A stretch of DNA of 47,747 bases from Chiloscyllium plagiosum. Lineage: Eukaryota. The notes under the pieces are model-generated. The model saw nothing but the letters and a program-made list of their open reading frames with translations, had not been told where the DNA came from and searched no databases. The stretch covers positions 78,728,666 to 78,776,412 of the forward strand of contig NC_057719.1 of NCBI RefSeq assembly GCF_004010195.1, read 5' to 3'. The translations under genes and the position numbers were made by a program. Shown in pieces: positions 25,449-36,047 of this stretch (the first letter of the stretch is position 1; the number at the start of each line of letters is the position of its first letter).

Positions 25449-25724
25449 GTTAAAAACCAGGTGATTTTCAAGTGACACCAGGTTATAGTCCAACAAGTTT
25501 ATTTGTAAGCACAAGCTTTTGGAGTGCTGTTGCTTTGTCAGGTAGCTAGTGGAGTCGGGTTTCACTATAAATTCTGTGTCCTATGCTCTTACTCCACTAG
25601 CTACCTGACGAAGGAGCAGCACTCCGAAAGCTTATACTTACAAATAAACTTGTTGGACTATAACCTGGTGTTGTGTGATTTTTACCTTTGCCCACCCCAG
25701 TCCAACACCAGCACCTCCACATCA
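25449..25724. mobile_element. Family-B PLE-derived fold-back element with opposed hammerheads and 10-bp TSD
   Basis: Inverted arms 25475-25555 and 25591-25671; + strand CTGACGA-a-ggag(cagca)ctcc-GAAA-gc-TT at 25605-25633; TSD tgtaaaacct at 25439-25448 and 25725-25734. Confidence 0.8.
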
Positions 25725-26362
25725 TGTAAAACCTAAGGGCACTTGCAGCACCCAAACATGGGAGCTACTTAGCTGAAGTTTGTCTTCAGGAGAGAACGCA
25801 GAAAGAGGTATGAATTAATAGGAAAAATATACAATGCTTGCTCTTTCCATCAGTAGTAATGAAATCAATGCTACATTTAATAATCGTGACTGTTGGACTG
25901 TGTGGCCATTATGTGTTTGACTACATCTGTCTGTTTCCATTGAATATTTTATTGAGATTTCTTTCCTTTGTAATATAGCTCCCTCAGCACCTGCAAACAT
26001 TCATAATGAAATACATCAATAAAAAAAGCACAAAAGCTCCCAGCAGAAACCTCTCGCAATGTAGTACTTCTTTAGATAGCTGTAGTCCTGTTACTATAAA
26101 TGCGATTTTTACTTTGTAGCATCTGACCTCTTGAAATTAGTCATGCTTTGCATTTGTACTTACCCTACATGAGGAAAAAGTGTGGGTGAAAATTAAGGAC
26201 AGTCATTAATAAACACACATTCACCTTATCTAGGTATTTCATTTATCAGTCCATCAATCAGCTAGGGCTGTGCAGCATAGAGTAAGGCCATTCAGCCATC
26301 AATTCCCCCCGCCCCCCAATCAGGTAATAAGAAACAAGGAGAACTTCTTTAAGAATCTGAGC

Positions 26363-26581
26363 CACTTTGTGTCTTTCACTGTGTCTCACACCTGCACACA
26401 CACACCATGGGTGCTGGGGAAAAAATAAGCACTACCGCACTTAGGTGGTAGTGTGGGGGTTAAATTTAAAGACAAAAAAAAGAAAAAAAAAAGAAAAAAA
26501 AATACACAGGAGGGAGGTGGAGTGCATAAAAGAAAAAAAAAATACACAGGAGGGAGCACTTTGTGTAAAAAAAAAAAAAAA
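26363..26581 (+). mobile_element. Short poly(A)-tailed retroposed insert (L1/Tx1-like 3' end) with 14-bp TSD
   Basis: ttaagaatctgagc at 26349-26362 and 26582-26595; stem-loop cactaccgc...gtggtagtg before A-rich tracts; terminal poly(A). Confidence 0.75.
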
Positions 26582-26719
26582 TTAAGAATCTGAGCAAGAA
26601 TGGACTGAGTAGCCCCTTGAACCTTAAGGTTATGACTGTTGTTTTTTCTACTTCAAATTCACCTTCCCACTCTATTGGCACATATCAAATCATGTGACTT
26701 TCCCTAAAACTGTATGGCA

Positions 26720-27240
26720 GAGGAGCAGAAGTAGGCCTATCAGTTCATCGAGTCTACTCCACCATTCAATGAGATTACAGCTGATCTGATGATCCTGAAT
26801 TCCATTTTCCTGCCTTTGCCCCATAACCCTTAAATAACACTTGATTACAATCCTTACAACCCTGAAGAAGGAGTGTTGTGATTTTAAATAAACCTGTTGG
26901 ACTATAACCCGGTGTCCTGTGATTTTTGACTTTGTCCACCACAGTCCAACACCAGCACCTCCACATCATGGATGTCACCAGAAATACAACTGGAAGGATT
27001 GCCTTATGAGGAGACTTTGAGTAGGTTAGGCCTGTTCTCGTTGCAGGTTAAAAGAATGAGAAGCAACCTTAATGAAACATTTAAGATTCTTAGGGGACCT
27101 GACAGGGTAAATGCAGTGGGAGAGTCCAGGACCAGAGGGTATCATCTCAGAATGAGGGATTGTCCTTTTAAGATGAAGATGAAGAGGAATTTCTTCTCTC
27201 ATAGGGTCATTTTGTCCACCACAGAGAGCAGTGGAGGTTG
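26720..27240. mobile_element. Cluster: minus CR1 3' end, family-B PLE terminus (26861-26970, +), plus-strand CR1 fragment (26975-27240)
   Basis: aggagcagaagtaggcctatcag...; cctgaagaaggag...aataaacctgttggactataacc...cctccacatcatg; LEGLPYEETLSRLGLFSLQVKRMRSNLNETFKIL. Confidence 0.75.
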
Positions 27241-27289
27241 ATTTAATCAAGACTTGATCTGCACATGAAAGGTTCCACAGTCCTGTACC

Positions 27290-27432
27290 AAAGAAGAGCA
27301 AGGGAGTGGCCCTAGCCAAGATTTTAGTTGACACCTTGATGAAAAAGATTCTGTGGTCATCATGTTGCTGCGTTTGGGAGTTTGACTGAGTACAAATTAA
27401 CTGCAGCATTTCCAACATTACAATAGTGCTAT
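27290..27432 (+). mobile_element. Deu-domain SINE remnant (SacSINE1/AmnSINE-like)
   Basis: aagaagagcaagggagt...tggtcatcatgttgctgcgtttgggag...caaattaactgcagcatttccaacattacaatagtg resembles the Deu core as I recall it. Confidence 0.55.
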
Positions 27433-28054
27433 TGGATTCTGGGTAATCCAAGATGGAGGACAGGAAAAATTTCTGACTGTAAGAGCTGCTCCTTTTTTTG
27501 AGGTATTTTAGGTGCTGGAGGTGATTTCCTCAAATTCCAGGAGCAGCAATTACTGTTTTATATGCTGTTGCATTGTTTTGGAACTTTGAGAAAAAAAAAG
27601 TCAAAACAACAGCAGTTTTAAAAGGGAGAAGAGCAGACAAAGGAAGCACATGGTGAGGACAGTGCAGGAAAGAGAGAGAGAGAGAGAAAGAGAGAAAGAA
27701 AGAACCTGCACAGTTCCTGCCTTTGCTGTTTTTGAATTCATGTGTTGCTGGACATCAGAGTGCACCTGGGAAAATTAACAAACAGTGAATTTCACAACTA
27801 ATTTTGGAGGAACCGGTTTGGGTGAAGTTCACAAAACAGAATCTGATAAGTTAACTGTTGTTTTAAGTCTGTCCAAGAGAAAAGGCTGTATTAGTGAACA
27901 CAGTGGGTTCTTTCTTGATTATGTGTTTTTGGAGATTAGTCTCTTGATTAAACTTAAAATATAAGCCATAGCTATTAATTTAATCTGGTGCAGTGTTTTG
28001 TAGAGAAATAAGACGGTGTTATTCTCTGGGTCTGTAGATTGTGAAGGAGCAAAA

Positions 28055-28934
28055 ATGGCCTTTGCAGTGATATGTACTACTTGTCAGATGTGGGAGTTTA
28101 AAGAGAGTTTAAGGGTTACTGTGGATTATATCTGCCATAAGTGCTGTCGGATGCGAATCTTATCAGATTGAGTGGATCGGTTGGAGAGACAGATAGAAGC
28201 GATGAGGAATTTGCAACAGCAACAGTATGTGATAGATGGCAGTTATAGGACGGGGGGAGAGTCTCAGATACAGTCACATAGATGGGTCAACTCCAGGAAG
28301 TGTAAGAGAGGTAGGCAGCTAGTGCAGGAGTCTTTTATGGACATATCCATTTCAAACAGGTATGCTGTTTTGGAAAATGTAGGGGGTGATGGATTCACAG
28401 GGGATCGTAGCACAAACAGCCAAGAGACTGGCTCTAACGCAACGAGGGGTACGCCGGCTTCCAAGAGATCAACTGTGTTAGGGGATTCTGTAGTCAGAGG
28501 TACAGACACGTTTCTGTGGCCAGCAGAGAAAAAGCATTCTCAGAGAGGGTGCAAAATGTTCTCACGGGGGAGAGGGGCCAGCAAGAGGTCATTGTCCACA
28601 TTGGAACCAACAATATAGGAAGGGAAAAGGTTGAGATTCTGAAGGGAGATTACAGAGAGTTCGGCAGAAATTTAAAAAGGAGGTCCTCAAGGGTAGTAAT
28701 ATCTAGATTACTCCCAGTGCTATGAGCTAGTGAGGGCAGGAATAGGAGGACAGAGCAGATGAATGCATGGCTGAGGGTTTGGTGTACGGGAGAAGGATTC
28801 ACATTTTTGGATCATTGGAATCTCTTTTGGAGTAGAAGTGACCTGTACAAGAAGGACAGTTTGCCCTAAATTGGAAGGGGACTGATATACTGGTAGGAAA
28901 ATTTGCTAGAACTGCTTGGGAGGATTTAAACTAG
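28055..28934 (+). pseudogene. LINE ORF1 remnant: Zn finger, coiled coil and SGNH/GDSL esterase
   Basis: MAFAVICTTCQMWEF...YICHKC, stop at 28169-28171, then DRLERQIEAMRNL, VLGDSVVRGTD (block I) and VIVHIGTNNIG (block III); frameshifted. Confidence 0.85.
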
Positions 28935-29049
28935 TAAGGTGGAGGGGTGGGACCCAGGGAGATAGTGAGGAAAGAGATCAATCTGAGACGGGTACAGTTG
29001 AGAACAGACATGAATCAAACAAACAGTCAGGGACAAGGTAGGACTAATA

Positions 29050-31030
29050 AATTAAACTGCATTTATTTCAATGCAAGGGGCCTAACAGGGAAGGCAGATG
29101 AACTCAGGGCATGGTTAGGAACATGGGATTGGAATATCATAGCAATTACGGAAACATAGCTCAGGGATGGGCAGGACTGGCAGCTTAATGTTCCAGGATA
29201 CAAATGCTACAGGAAGGATAGAAAGGGAGGCAAGAGAGGAGGAGGAGTGGCATTTTCGATAAGGGATAGCATTACAGCCGTGCTGAGGGAAGATATTCCC
29301 AGAAATACATCCAGGGAAGTTATTTGAGTGGAACTGAGAAATAAGAAGGGGTGATCACCTTATTGGGATTGTATTGTAGACCCCCAAATAGTCAGGGGGA
29401 AATTGAGGAACAAACTTGTAAGGAGATCTCAACTATCTGTAAGAATAATAGGGTAGTTATGGGAAGAGATTTTAACTTTCCAAATATCGACTGGGACTGC
29501 CATAGTGTTAAAGGTTTAGATGGAGAGGAATTTGTTAAGTGCGATCAAGACAACTTTCTGATTCAGTATGTGGATGTACCTACTAGAGAAGGTGCAAAAC
29601 TTGACCTACTCTTGGGAAATAAGGCTGAGCAGGTGACTGAGGTTTCAGTGGGGGAGCACTTTGGGTCCAGGACCATAATTCTTTTCATTTTAAAATAGTG
29701 ATGGAAAAGGATAGACCAGATCTAAAAGTTGAAGTTCTAAATTGGAGAAAGGCCANNNNNNNNNNNNNNNNNNNNNNNNNNNNNNNNNNNNNNNNNNNNN
29801 NNNNNNNNNNNNNNNNNNNNNNNNNNNNNNNNNNNNNNNNNNNNNNNNNNNNNNNNNNNNNNNNNNNNNNNNNNNNNNNNNNNNNNNNNNNNNNNNNNNN
29901 NNNNNNNNNNNNNNNNNNNNNNNNNNNNNNNNNNNNNNNNNNNNNNNNNNNNNNNNNNNNNNNNNNNNNNNNNNNNNNNNNNNNNNNNNNNNNNNNNNNN
30001 NNNNNNNNNNNNNNNNNNNNNNNNNNNNNNNNNNNNNNNNNNNNNNNNNNNNNNNNNNNNNNNNNNNNNNNNNNNNNNNNNNNNNNNNNNNNNNNNNNNN
30101 NNNNNNNNNNNNNNNNNNNNNNNNNNNNNNNNNNNNNNNNNNNNNNNNNNNNNNNNNNNNNNNNNNNNNNNNNNNNNNNNNNNNNNNNNNNNNNNNNNNN
30201 NNNNNNNNNNNNNNNNNNNNNNNNNNNNNNNNNNNNNNNNNNNNNNNNNNNNNNNNNNNNNNNNNNNNNNNNNNNNNNNNNNNNNNNNNNNNNNNNNNNN
30301 NNNNNNNNNNNNNNNNNNNNNNNNNNNNNNNNNNNNNNNNNNNNNNNNNNNNNNNNNNNNNNNNNNNNNNNNNNNNNNNNNNNNNNNNNNNNNNNNNNNN
30401 NNNNNNNNNNNNNNNNNNNNNNNNNNNNNNNNNNNNNNNNNNNNNNNNNNNNNNNNNNNNNNNNNNNNNNNNNNNNNNNNNNNNNNNNNNNNNNNNNNNN
30501 NNNNNNNNNNNNNNNNNNNNNNNNNNNNNNNNNNNNNNNNNNNNNNNNNNNNNNNNNNNNNNNNNNNNNNNNNNNNNNNNNNNNNNNNNNNNNNNNNNNN
30601 NNNNNNNNNNNNNNNNNNNNNNNNNNNNNNNNNNCAGGTTCATAGCTCCTTGAAAGTGGAGTCGCAGGTAGATAGGATATTGAAGAAGGTGTTTGGTATG
30701 CTTTCCTTCATTGGTCAGAGTATTGAGTACAGGAGCTGGGAGGTCATGTTGCGGCTGTACAGGACATTGGTCAGGCCACTGTTGGAATATTGCATGCAAA
30801 TCTGGTCTCCTTTCTAACGGAAAGATGTTGTGAAACTTGAAAGGGTTCAGAAAAGATTTACAAGAATGTTACCAGGGTTGGAGGATTTGAGCTATAGGGA
30901 GAGGCTGAACAGGCTGGAGCTGTTTTCCATGGAGCATCGGAGGCTGAGGGGTGACCTTATAGAGGTTTACAAAATTATGAGGGGCATGGATTGGATAAAT
31001 AGACAAAGTCTTTTCCCTGGGATCGGGTAG
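29050..31030 (+). pseudogene. LINE ORF2 remnant: APE endonuclease and RT C-terminus
   Basis: CIYFNARGLTGKADEL...IIAITET, DFNFPNIDW, PTREGAKLDLLLGN, KLERVQKRFTRMLPGL; internal stops. Confidence 0.88.
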
Positions 31031-31884
31031 TCCAGAACTAGAGAACATAGGTTTAGGGTGAGAGGGGAAAGATATAAAAGAGACCTAAGGGGCAACGTTT
31101 TCCACACAGAGAGTGGAATGAGCTGCCAGAGGAAGTGGTGGAGGCTGGTACAATTGCAACATTTCAGAGGCATTTGGAAGGGTACATGAAGAGGAAGGGT
31201 TTGGAGGGATATGGGCTGGGTGCTGGCAGGTGGGACTAGATTGGGTTGGGACACCTGGTCAGCATGGACGGATTGGACCAAAGGGTCCAATCCATGCTGT
31301 ACATCTCTGTGATTCTATGACTCCATTTCAAGAATTATTTCATTGGATTCTAAGCATTTTTATGCATCCATGGTTCTGAAAAATGCTTTCAGTGCAAGTC
31401 TTTCATTTTTATGTTCCCCGAAACTCAAATTTAATTAATTTTCAAGAATATTTCTTGTGTAAGGCTGTTTCAGATGCTCTGTTATCCGAATCAAGGACTT
31501 ATTACAAAATGTGTTGTTTCTTTTATCGGCTGCTTCAAAGCTGAATACTCTTACTAGAAATTACACATGTCCAAGGAATGTAAACATTATTTTCTCCAAA
31601 TAGTCCCCTTTCTCAGAAAAAAAAGCAACCTTTGCATGTACTATCATTTGCAATTACCTGTTACCCAGTCGGTCATCTAAATACCCTTGGAAAGAGAGAT
31701 CGAGTCCCACTGAGGGTATGTTGCGGAACATCAGGACTATGTTGGAAAATTAAAGCTATTAAATTTTATTTTTCCACATAAAATAATAATTGGTGTAGAA
31801 TTGTACTCACCTCTTTTACTGAAGTGAATAAAATTGGCTAACACAACTCAGTTCATTTCACGAAGAAGGCTTCACCTCTGACCC

Positions 31885-32071
31885 GGAAGGTCAGGCAGCA
31901 TCTAGGGAACAGGAGAATCGACGTTTCGGGCATTAGCCCTTCTTCAGGATTCCTGAAGAAGGGCTAATGCCCGAAATGTCGATTCTCCTGTTCCCTAGAT
32001 GCTGCCTGACCTGCTGCGCTTTTCCAGCAACACATTTCCATCTCTGATCTCCAGCATCTGCAGACCTCACT
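31885..32071. mobile_element. Family-A PLE-derived fold-back element (62-bp arms, two opposed hammerheads), 14-bp TSD
   Basis: Arms 31888-31949 and 31951-32012 with one mismatch; TSD ttcacctctgaccc at 31871-31884 and 32072-32085. Confidence 0.88.
31914..31953 (-). ncRNA. Minimal type-I hammerhead ribozyme motif, intact
   Basis: Minus strand ggaatc-CTGAAGA-a-gggc(taat)gccc-GAAA-cg-TC-gattct: 6-bp stem I, 4-bp stem II, GUC site at 31922-31920. Confidence 0.8.
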
Positions 32072-32204
32072 TTCACCTCTGACCCCCCCCAATCCGACCC
32101 GTGCTGATGGGATTAAAAGTCTGTCTCTGACAACCATACACTCAGTGAGCTTCGGCAGTTACAGTCCCAATCCCTGCTGGGCATAAGGCAAAAGATTCCA
32201 AGTA

Positions 32205-32330
32205 ATCAAAGACTCCAGTTATACTCTCTTCCATTGGGCAGACGATACAAAAGTTTATCTACACGTATGAATGGATTCATGAACAGCTTCTTCCCTGCTC
32301 TTATCAGACTTTTGAACGGATCTCTCTAAT
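32205..32330 (+). mobile_element. Rex/L2-like LINE 3' fragment
   Basis: cttccattgggcagacgatacaaaagttta...aacagcttcttccctgct is homologous to 985-1085. Confidence 0.65.
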
Positions 32331-32389
32331 GGTAAATAAAAGCCCGAAAGACCCTTGGACAAGTGGGAAGTTTTTCCCTTTTTGATTTT

Positions 32390-33720
32390 GAAATGGTCTA
32401 TCAAATATCCTTTTAAGATTTTTCTTCAAGGAAAATAACACAACCTCTCAAATCTATCCTCGTAACTAAAATGTCTCATCCTTGGAAAAATTCTTGTGAA
32501 CCTCTATTGCGCAGTCTCCGATGCATTCACATGCTTCTCAAAATATGGCACCCAATACCCTACCCATGTGGGCCATCTAGTTTCTTATACAAGTTCAGCT
32601 TATCCTCCATTTGTACTCCGTGCTCATATTGATAACGCCTGGAATGTTGTGTGCTTTATTAGCTTTTCCCTCCACCTATTTTTCCACCTTTAATGGTTTA
32701 TGCAAATACACATCTGTTCACTCTGTCCTGTGCATCCTTTAGTGTATGCAGGAATTGCAAAGCCTGCGCCCACACCTCCCCCCCCCCCCCCTCCCCCCTC
32801 ACCTCCATCCAAGGCCCCAAAGGAGCCTTCCACATCCATCAAAGTTTCACCTGCACTTCCACCAGTCATTTATTGTATCCGTTGCTCCCGATGCGGTCTC
32901 CTCTACTTTATTGTATCCGTTGCTCCCGATGCGGTCTCCTCTACATTGGGGAGACTGGACACCTTCTCGCGCTTTAGGGAACATCTCCGGGACACCCGCA
33001 CCAATCAACCCCACTGCCCTGTGGCCCAACATTTCAACTCCTCCTCCCACTCTGCCGAGGACATGGAGGTCCTGGGCCTCCTCCATCGCCACTCCCCCAC
33101 CATCGGACACCTGGAGGAAGAACACCTCATCTTCCGCCTCGGAACACTTCAACCCCAGGGCATCAATGTGGACNNNNNNNNNNNNNNNNNNNNNNNNNNN
33201 NNNNNNNNGCCTCACTCCTGATGAAAGGTTCCTGCCCGAAATGTTGATTTTCCTGCTCCTTCGATGCTGCCTGACCTGCTGTGCTTTTCCAGCACCACTC
33301 TAATCTTGACACTGATCTCCCGCATCTGCTGTCCTCACTTTCGCCTTTAGTGTATGCTGTCTGTCCATATTCTTCTGACCAAGATGCATTACCTCAACTT
33401 CTTCACATTGAATTTCTTTTGCTACCTATCTGCCCACTCCACCATTTTGTCAATATCCCTATAGTGTCCTACTGTTGACAATGCTCCTAAGTTTCGTACA
33501 ATCCACAAACTTTGAACGTATCACCTATATGCCAAGGCCAAGATCATTAAGGTAGATGCCAGGAAAAGCAAGTGTAACAACACTGGACCCTGAAGAACTC
33601 TTCCTCCAGCTTGAAAAATATCCATTAACCATTACACTGTGTTTCCTATCTCTCAGCCAATGTTGTATCTACATTTCAGATGTCCCTTTTATTCCTTGAG
33701 CTCTAATTTAGTCCCAATCC
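32390..33720 (-). mobile_element. Old CR1 LINE fragment hosting a PLE insertion
   Basis: Decayed antisense CR1 motifs (attcttgtgaacctctattgc, cttcacattgaatttc, aacactggaccctgaagaactc) on both sides of 32750-33343. Confidence 0.6.
32750..33343 (+). mobile_element. 5'-truncated Penelope-like element: GIY-YIG endonuclease and hammerhead-bearing terminus, 14-bp TSD
   Basis: CRNCKAC...FTCTS...IYCIRCSRCGLLYIGETG...RFREHL...PVAQHFN...EEHLIFRLGTLQPQGINVD; CTGATGA at 33218-33224; TSD cctttagtgtatgc at 32736-32749 and 33344-33357. Confidence 0.9.
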
Positions 33721-34166
33721 TGCTGTGCAAATCCGATCTGGTTCCTCCCACTCAACTATCAGTCTCCTTCCTGCTATTCCAGTCTCAGTGCAGAAACTCT
33801 GAATTGTTCCCCCTGAATCTCGAACATGCGCTGCAATTAATGAATTCAGCAATTATCAATACTGGGCATATTTTGATCAGTACACCTCAGTTGTGCACTG
33901 GCCAAAATTGGGGAAAAGTTGAAAACTTCTTAAAACTCTGAGTAATGTTTTAGTGATAGAATGGAGGACTTGGTTATACAATGGACTTGAATTCTGTCTT
34001 TTGCTTTCTGCAAAGAGATTTAACTCTAGTACAGACTTTTGGAATGACAATCATCTAACTACATGGGTCCCAAAAAAAAGGTCAAGGATAAATTGTAAGA
34101 CTGTCTGCTTCTAGCACCCATCACACCAATTTGAAACTTTGGGATAAACACTCTCCTGAATGTTTA

Positions 34167-34452
34167 GAATCATAGAATCCCCACAGTGTGGAAGCAGGCT
34201 ATTCAGCCCATCAAGTCCACACCAACCCTCTGAACAGCAGCCCACCCTGACCCAACTCTGCTACACTACCCTGTAACCCTGCATTTCCCATAGCTAATGC
34301 ACCTAGCCTGCACATCTCTGGACTGTGGGAGGAAACTGGAGCAGCGGAGAACAATCATGCAGAATGCGCAAACGTCACACAGACGGTCACCCAAGGATGA
34401 GTGCCTGGCACTCTGAGGCAGCAGTGCTAACTGCTGAGCCATCACATTGCCC
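34167..34452 (-). mobile_element. HE1-type V-SINE, diverged
   Basis: gaatcatagaatccccacagtgtggaagcaggc ... tgaggcagcagtgctaactgctgagcca. Confidence 0.88.
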
Positions 34453-35188
34453 TTTTGTGGTGCTGTCAGTCAAGATTTCACAGCAAGAGTGAGCATTCTG
34501 TAAACAATCACCTCAGATGTCCTTGAGGGATATCCAGTCTCAAATAAAACCAATTCAGTAATTCCATGTGGGGACAATAAACTCAAACATGCCCTCAAGT
34601 ACAATTCTTCTACTTTCCAAGAATAAACAGATTACCATTGTAGTGAAATGAGACCAATTGTGAGGCAGTGAGCCATCTCAGCAGTGGACACTCTCTAACG
34701 AACATGCCTGCTCCCATATGTTAAATTACAGCCAGAGATTCATGTCTAATAGGCACACTGCCAAAACCCTTTCACCCAATAGTCATTGTTCTAATTTGTA
34801 CTTTTGAAGAAAACAAATGGGTAAGAAACTGTGAAGCCTTAAATTATTCCGAGCATGTAATTTCCCTCACAGCTCAATGTTAAGCCATGGAAGCTGATTT
34901 AAAACAGCATTGTAAAATAGTGATGCTGGGCTTGATTGTATTTTCCTCATGAGATTTCCATACTCTTGTGGTATTTGTTGGTTTAATAGCACAGATATGT
35001 TTGACTTTGATTTAAATTGTGTGGGTGTTACTTTCTAACTTGGAACATGGCCTATTCTCAGACTCTGAGCAAAAATAATTTCTATCAAAGCTCCCAGATG
35101 ATTCACTTTTGATAGACTTGTTAATAATAGTGCACTTGCCCGAGATATGCAGTTCAATCACTTGCTTTCTTTTGCCTTTCCATTTCAG

Positions 35189-35239
35189 GTGCTGACATTG
35201 TGCAGTGGTTGATGAAAAGCCTGAACATTGAAGATCAAG
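35189..35239 (+). CDS. RGS6: Internal coding exon (51 bp, phase 1-1) of regulator of G-protein signalling 6, DEP domain
   Basis: Polypyrimidine tract and acceptor cttgctttcttttgcctttccatttcag; donor caag|gtaatg. Translates (G)ADIVQWLMKSLNIEDQ(G), matching the RGS6/RGS7 DEP segment GTDIVQWLMKNLSIED as I recall it. Splices in frame to 39596-39702. Confidence 0.9.
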
Positions 35240-35649
35240 GTAATGAAATACTGGCGATTATGAGTTTAATTTAAAAAAAACTGCAGTCTTAATTTGAAGA
35301 AGTTATCTTGTGATTGCTTTTGCAAAAGCCTGTCAAATCTCTGACAACAGGACAGCCATGGTGGTGAATGCGGATGCAGGATTGTGAGAATTATAGAGCC
35401 GTGTAGACCTGGGAGCAGGCAGGTGCCAACTGTGAAGCAAAGCGATGTACACACTTTGGTTTAGCAGTTGAACACGGTTTCCAGCGAATTTCACTCATAA
35501 CATGTGACAGCAGAGAATAACAAAACAAGTCACGCTACTGATTATAACAGACTCCATTCACTTTCTCGATGAACATATTTTCCCCTTCGGTCGTAGAGTC
35601 ATTCAGCAGAGAAACGGACCCTTCGGCCCAACTCATCCATGCTGAGCAA

Positions 35650-35915
35650 GGTCCTTCGGCCCAACAAGTCCACACTGCCCCTCCAAGGAATAACCCAAAC
35701 CCCCCCACCCGACTAATGTACCTAACAACTATAGCCAATTCACCTGACCTGCATATCTTTGGAATGTAGGAGGAAACCGGAGCACCCAGAGGAAACCTAT
35801 GCAGACACGGGGAGAATGTGCAAACTCCACACAGACAATCACCCAAGGCTGGAATCGAACCTGGGACCCTGGCGTTGTGAGGCAGCAGTGCTAACCACTG
35901 AGCCACCATGCCACC
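35650..35915 (-). mobile_element. HE1-type V-SINE
   Basis: The minus strand starts ggtggcatggtggctcagtggttagcactgctgcctcac, with B box ggttcgattcc. Confidence 0.92.
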
Positions 35916-36047
35916 CCTGCATTTGGCCCATATCCCTCTGATTCTTGCCTAATCATGTACCTAATCAAATGTCTTGTAAATTTTGTCATTCTAATTCCAC
36001 CTATCATGTCCTCTGGCAGTTCATTCCACACATGAACCACCCTCTAC

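Larger units (their letters stand above)
27450..31324 (+). mobile_element. Near full-length CR1/HER1 LINE (5' UTR, ORF1, ORF2, 3' tail), inactivated
   Basis: Starts caagatggaggacagg, with a (GA)n-containing 5' UTR; ORF1 and ORF2 as listed separately; tail gattctatgact; N gap at 29756-30634. Confidence 0.9.

Noticed and set aside
29690..30799. Long ORFs of 300-370 aa in the track
   Set aside because: Artefacts of the N gap at 29756-30634; the same applies to ORFs crossing 11488-11789 and 33174-33208.
27425..31352. attggattct near both ends of the long HER1 as a TSD
   Set aside because: Not directly adjacent to either element boundary.
31885..32071. DNA-transposon MITE or CRISPR-like repeat
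   Set aside because: The arms are PLE terminus sequence and asymmetric (the right side extends about 60 bp further), TSD lengths vary among related copies, and there is no repeat-spacer array.
1..35188. Upstream RGS6 exon (IRTVKSFLSKIPS-like)
   Set aside because: Searched by eye and not found; probably outside the window.
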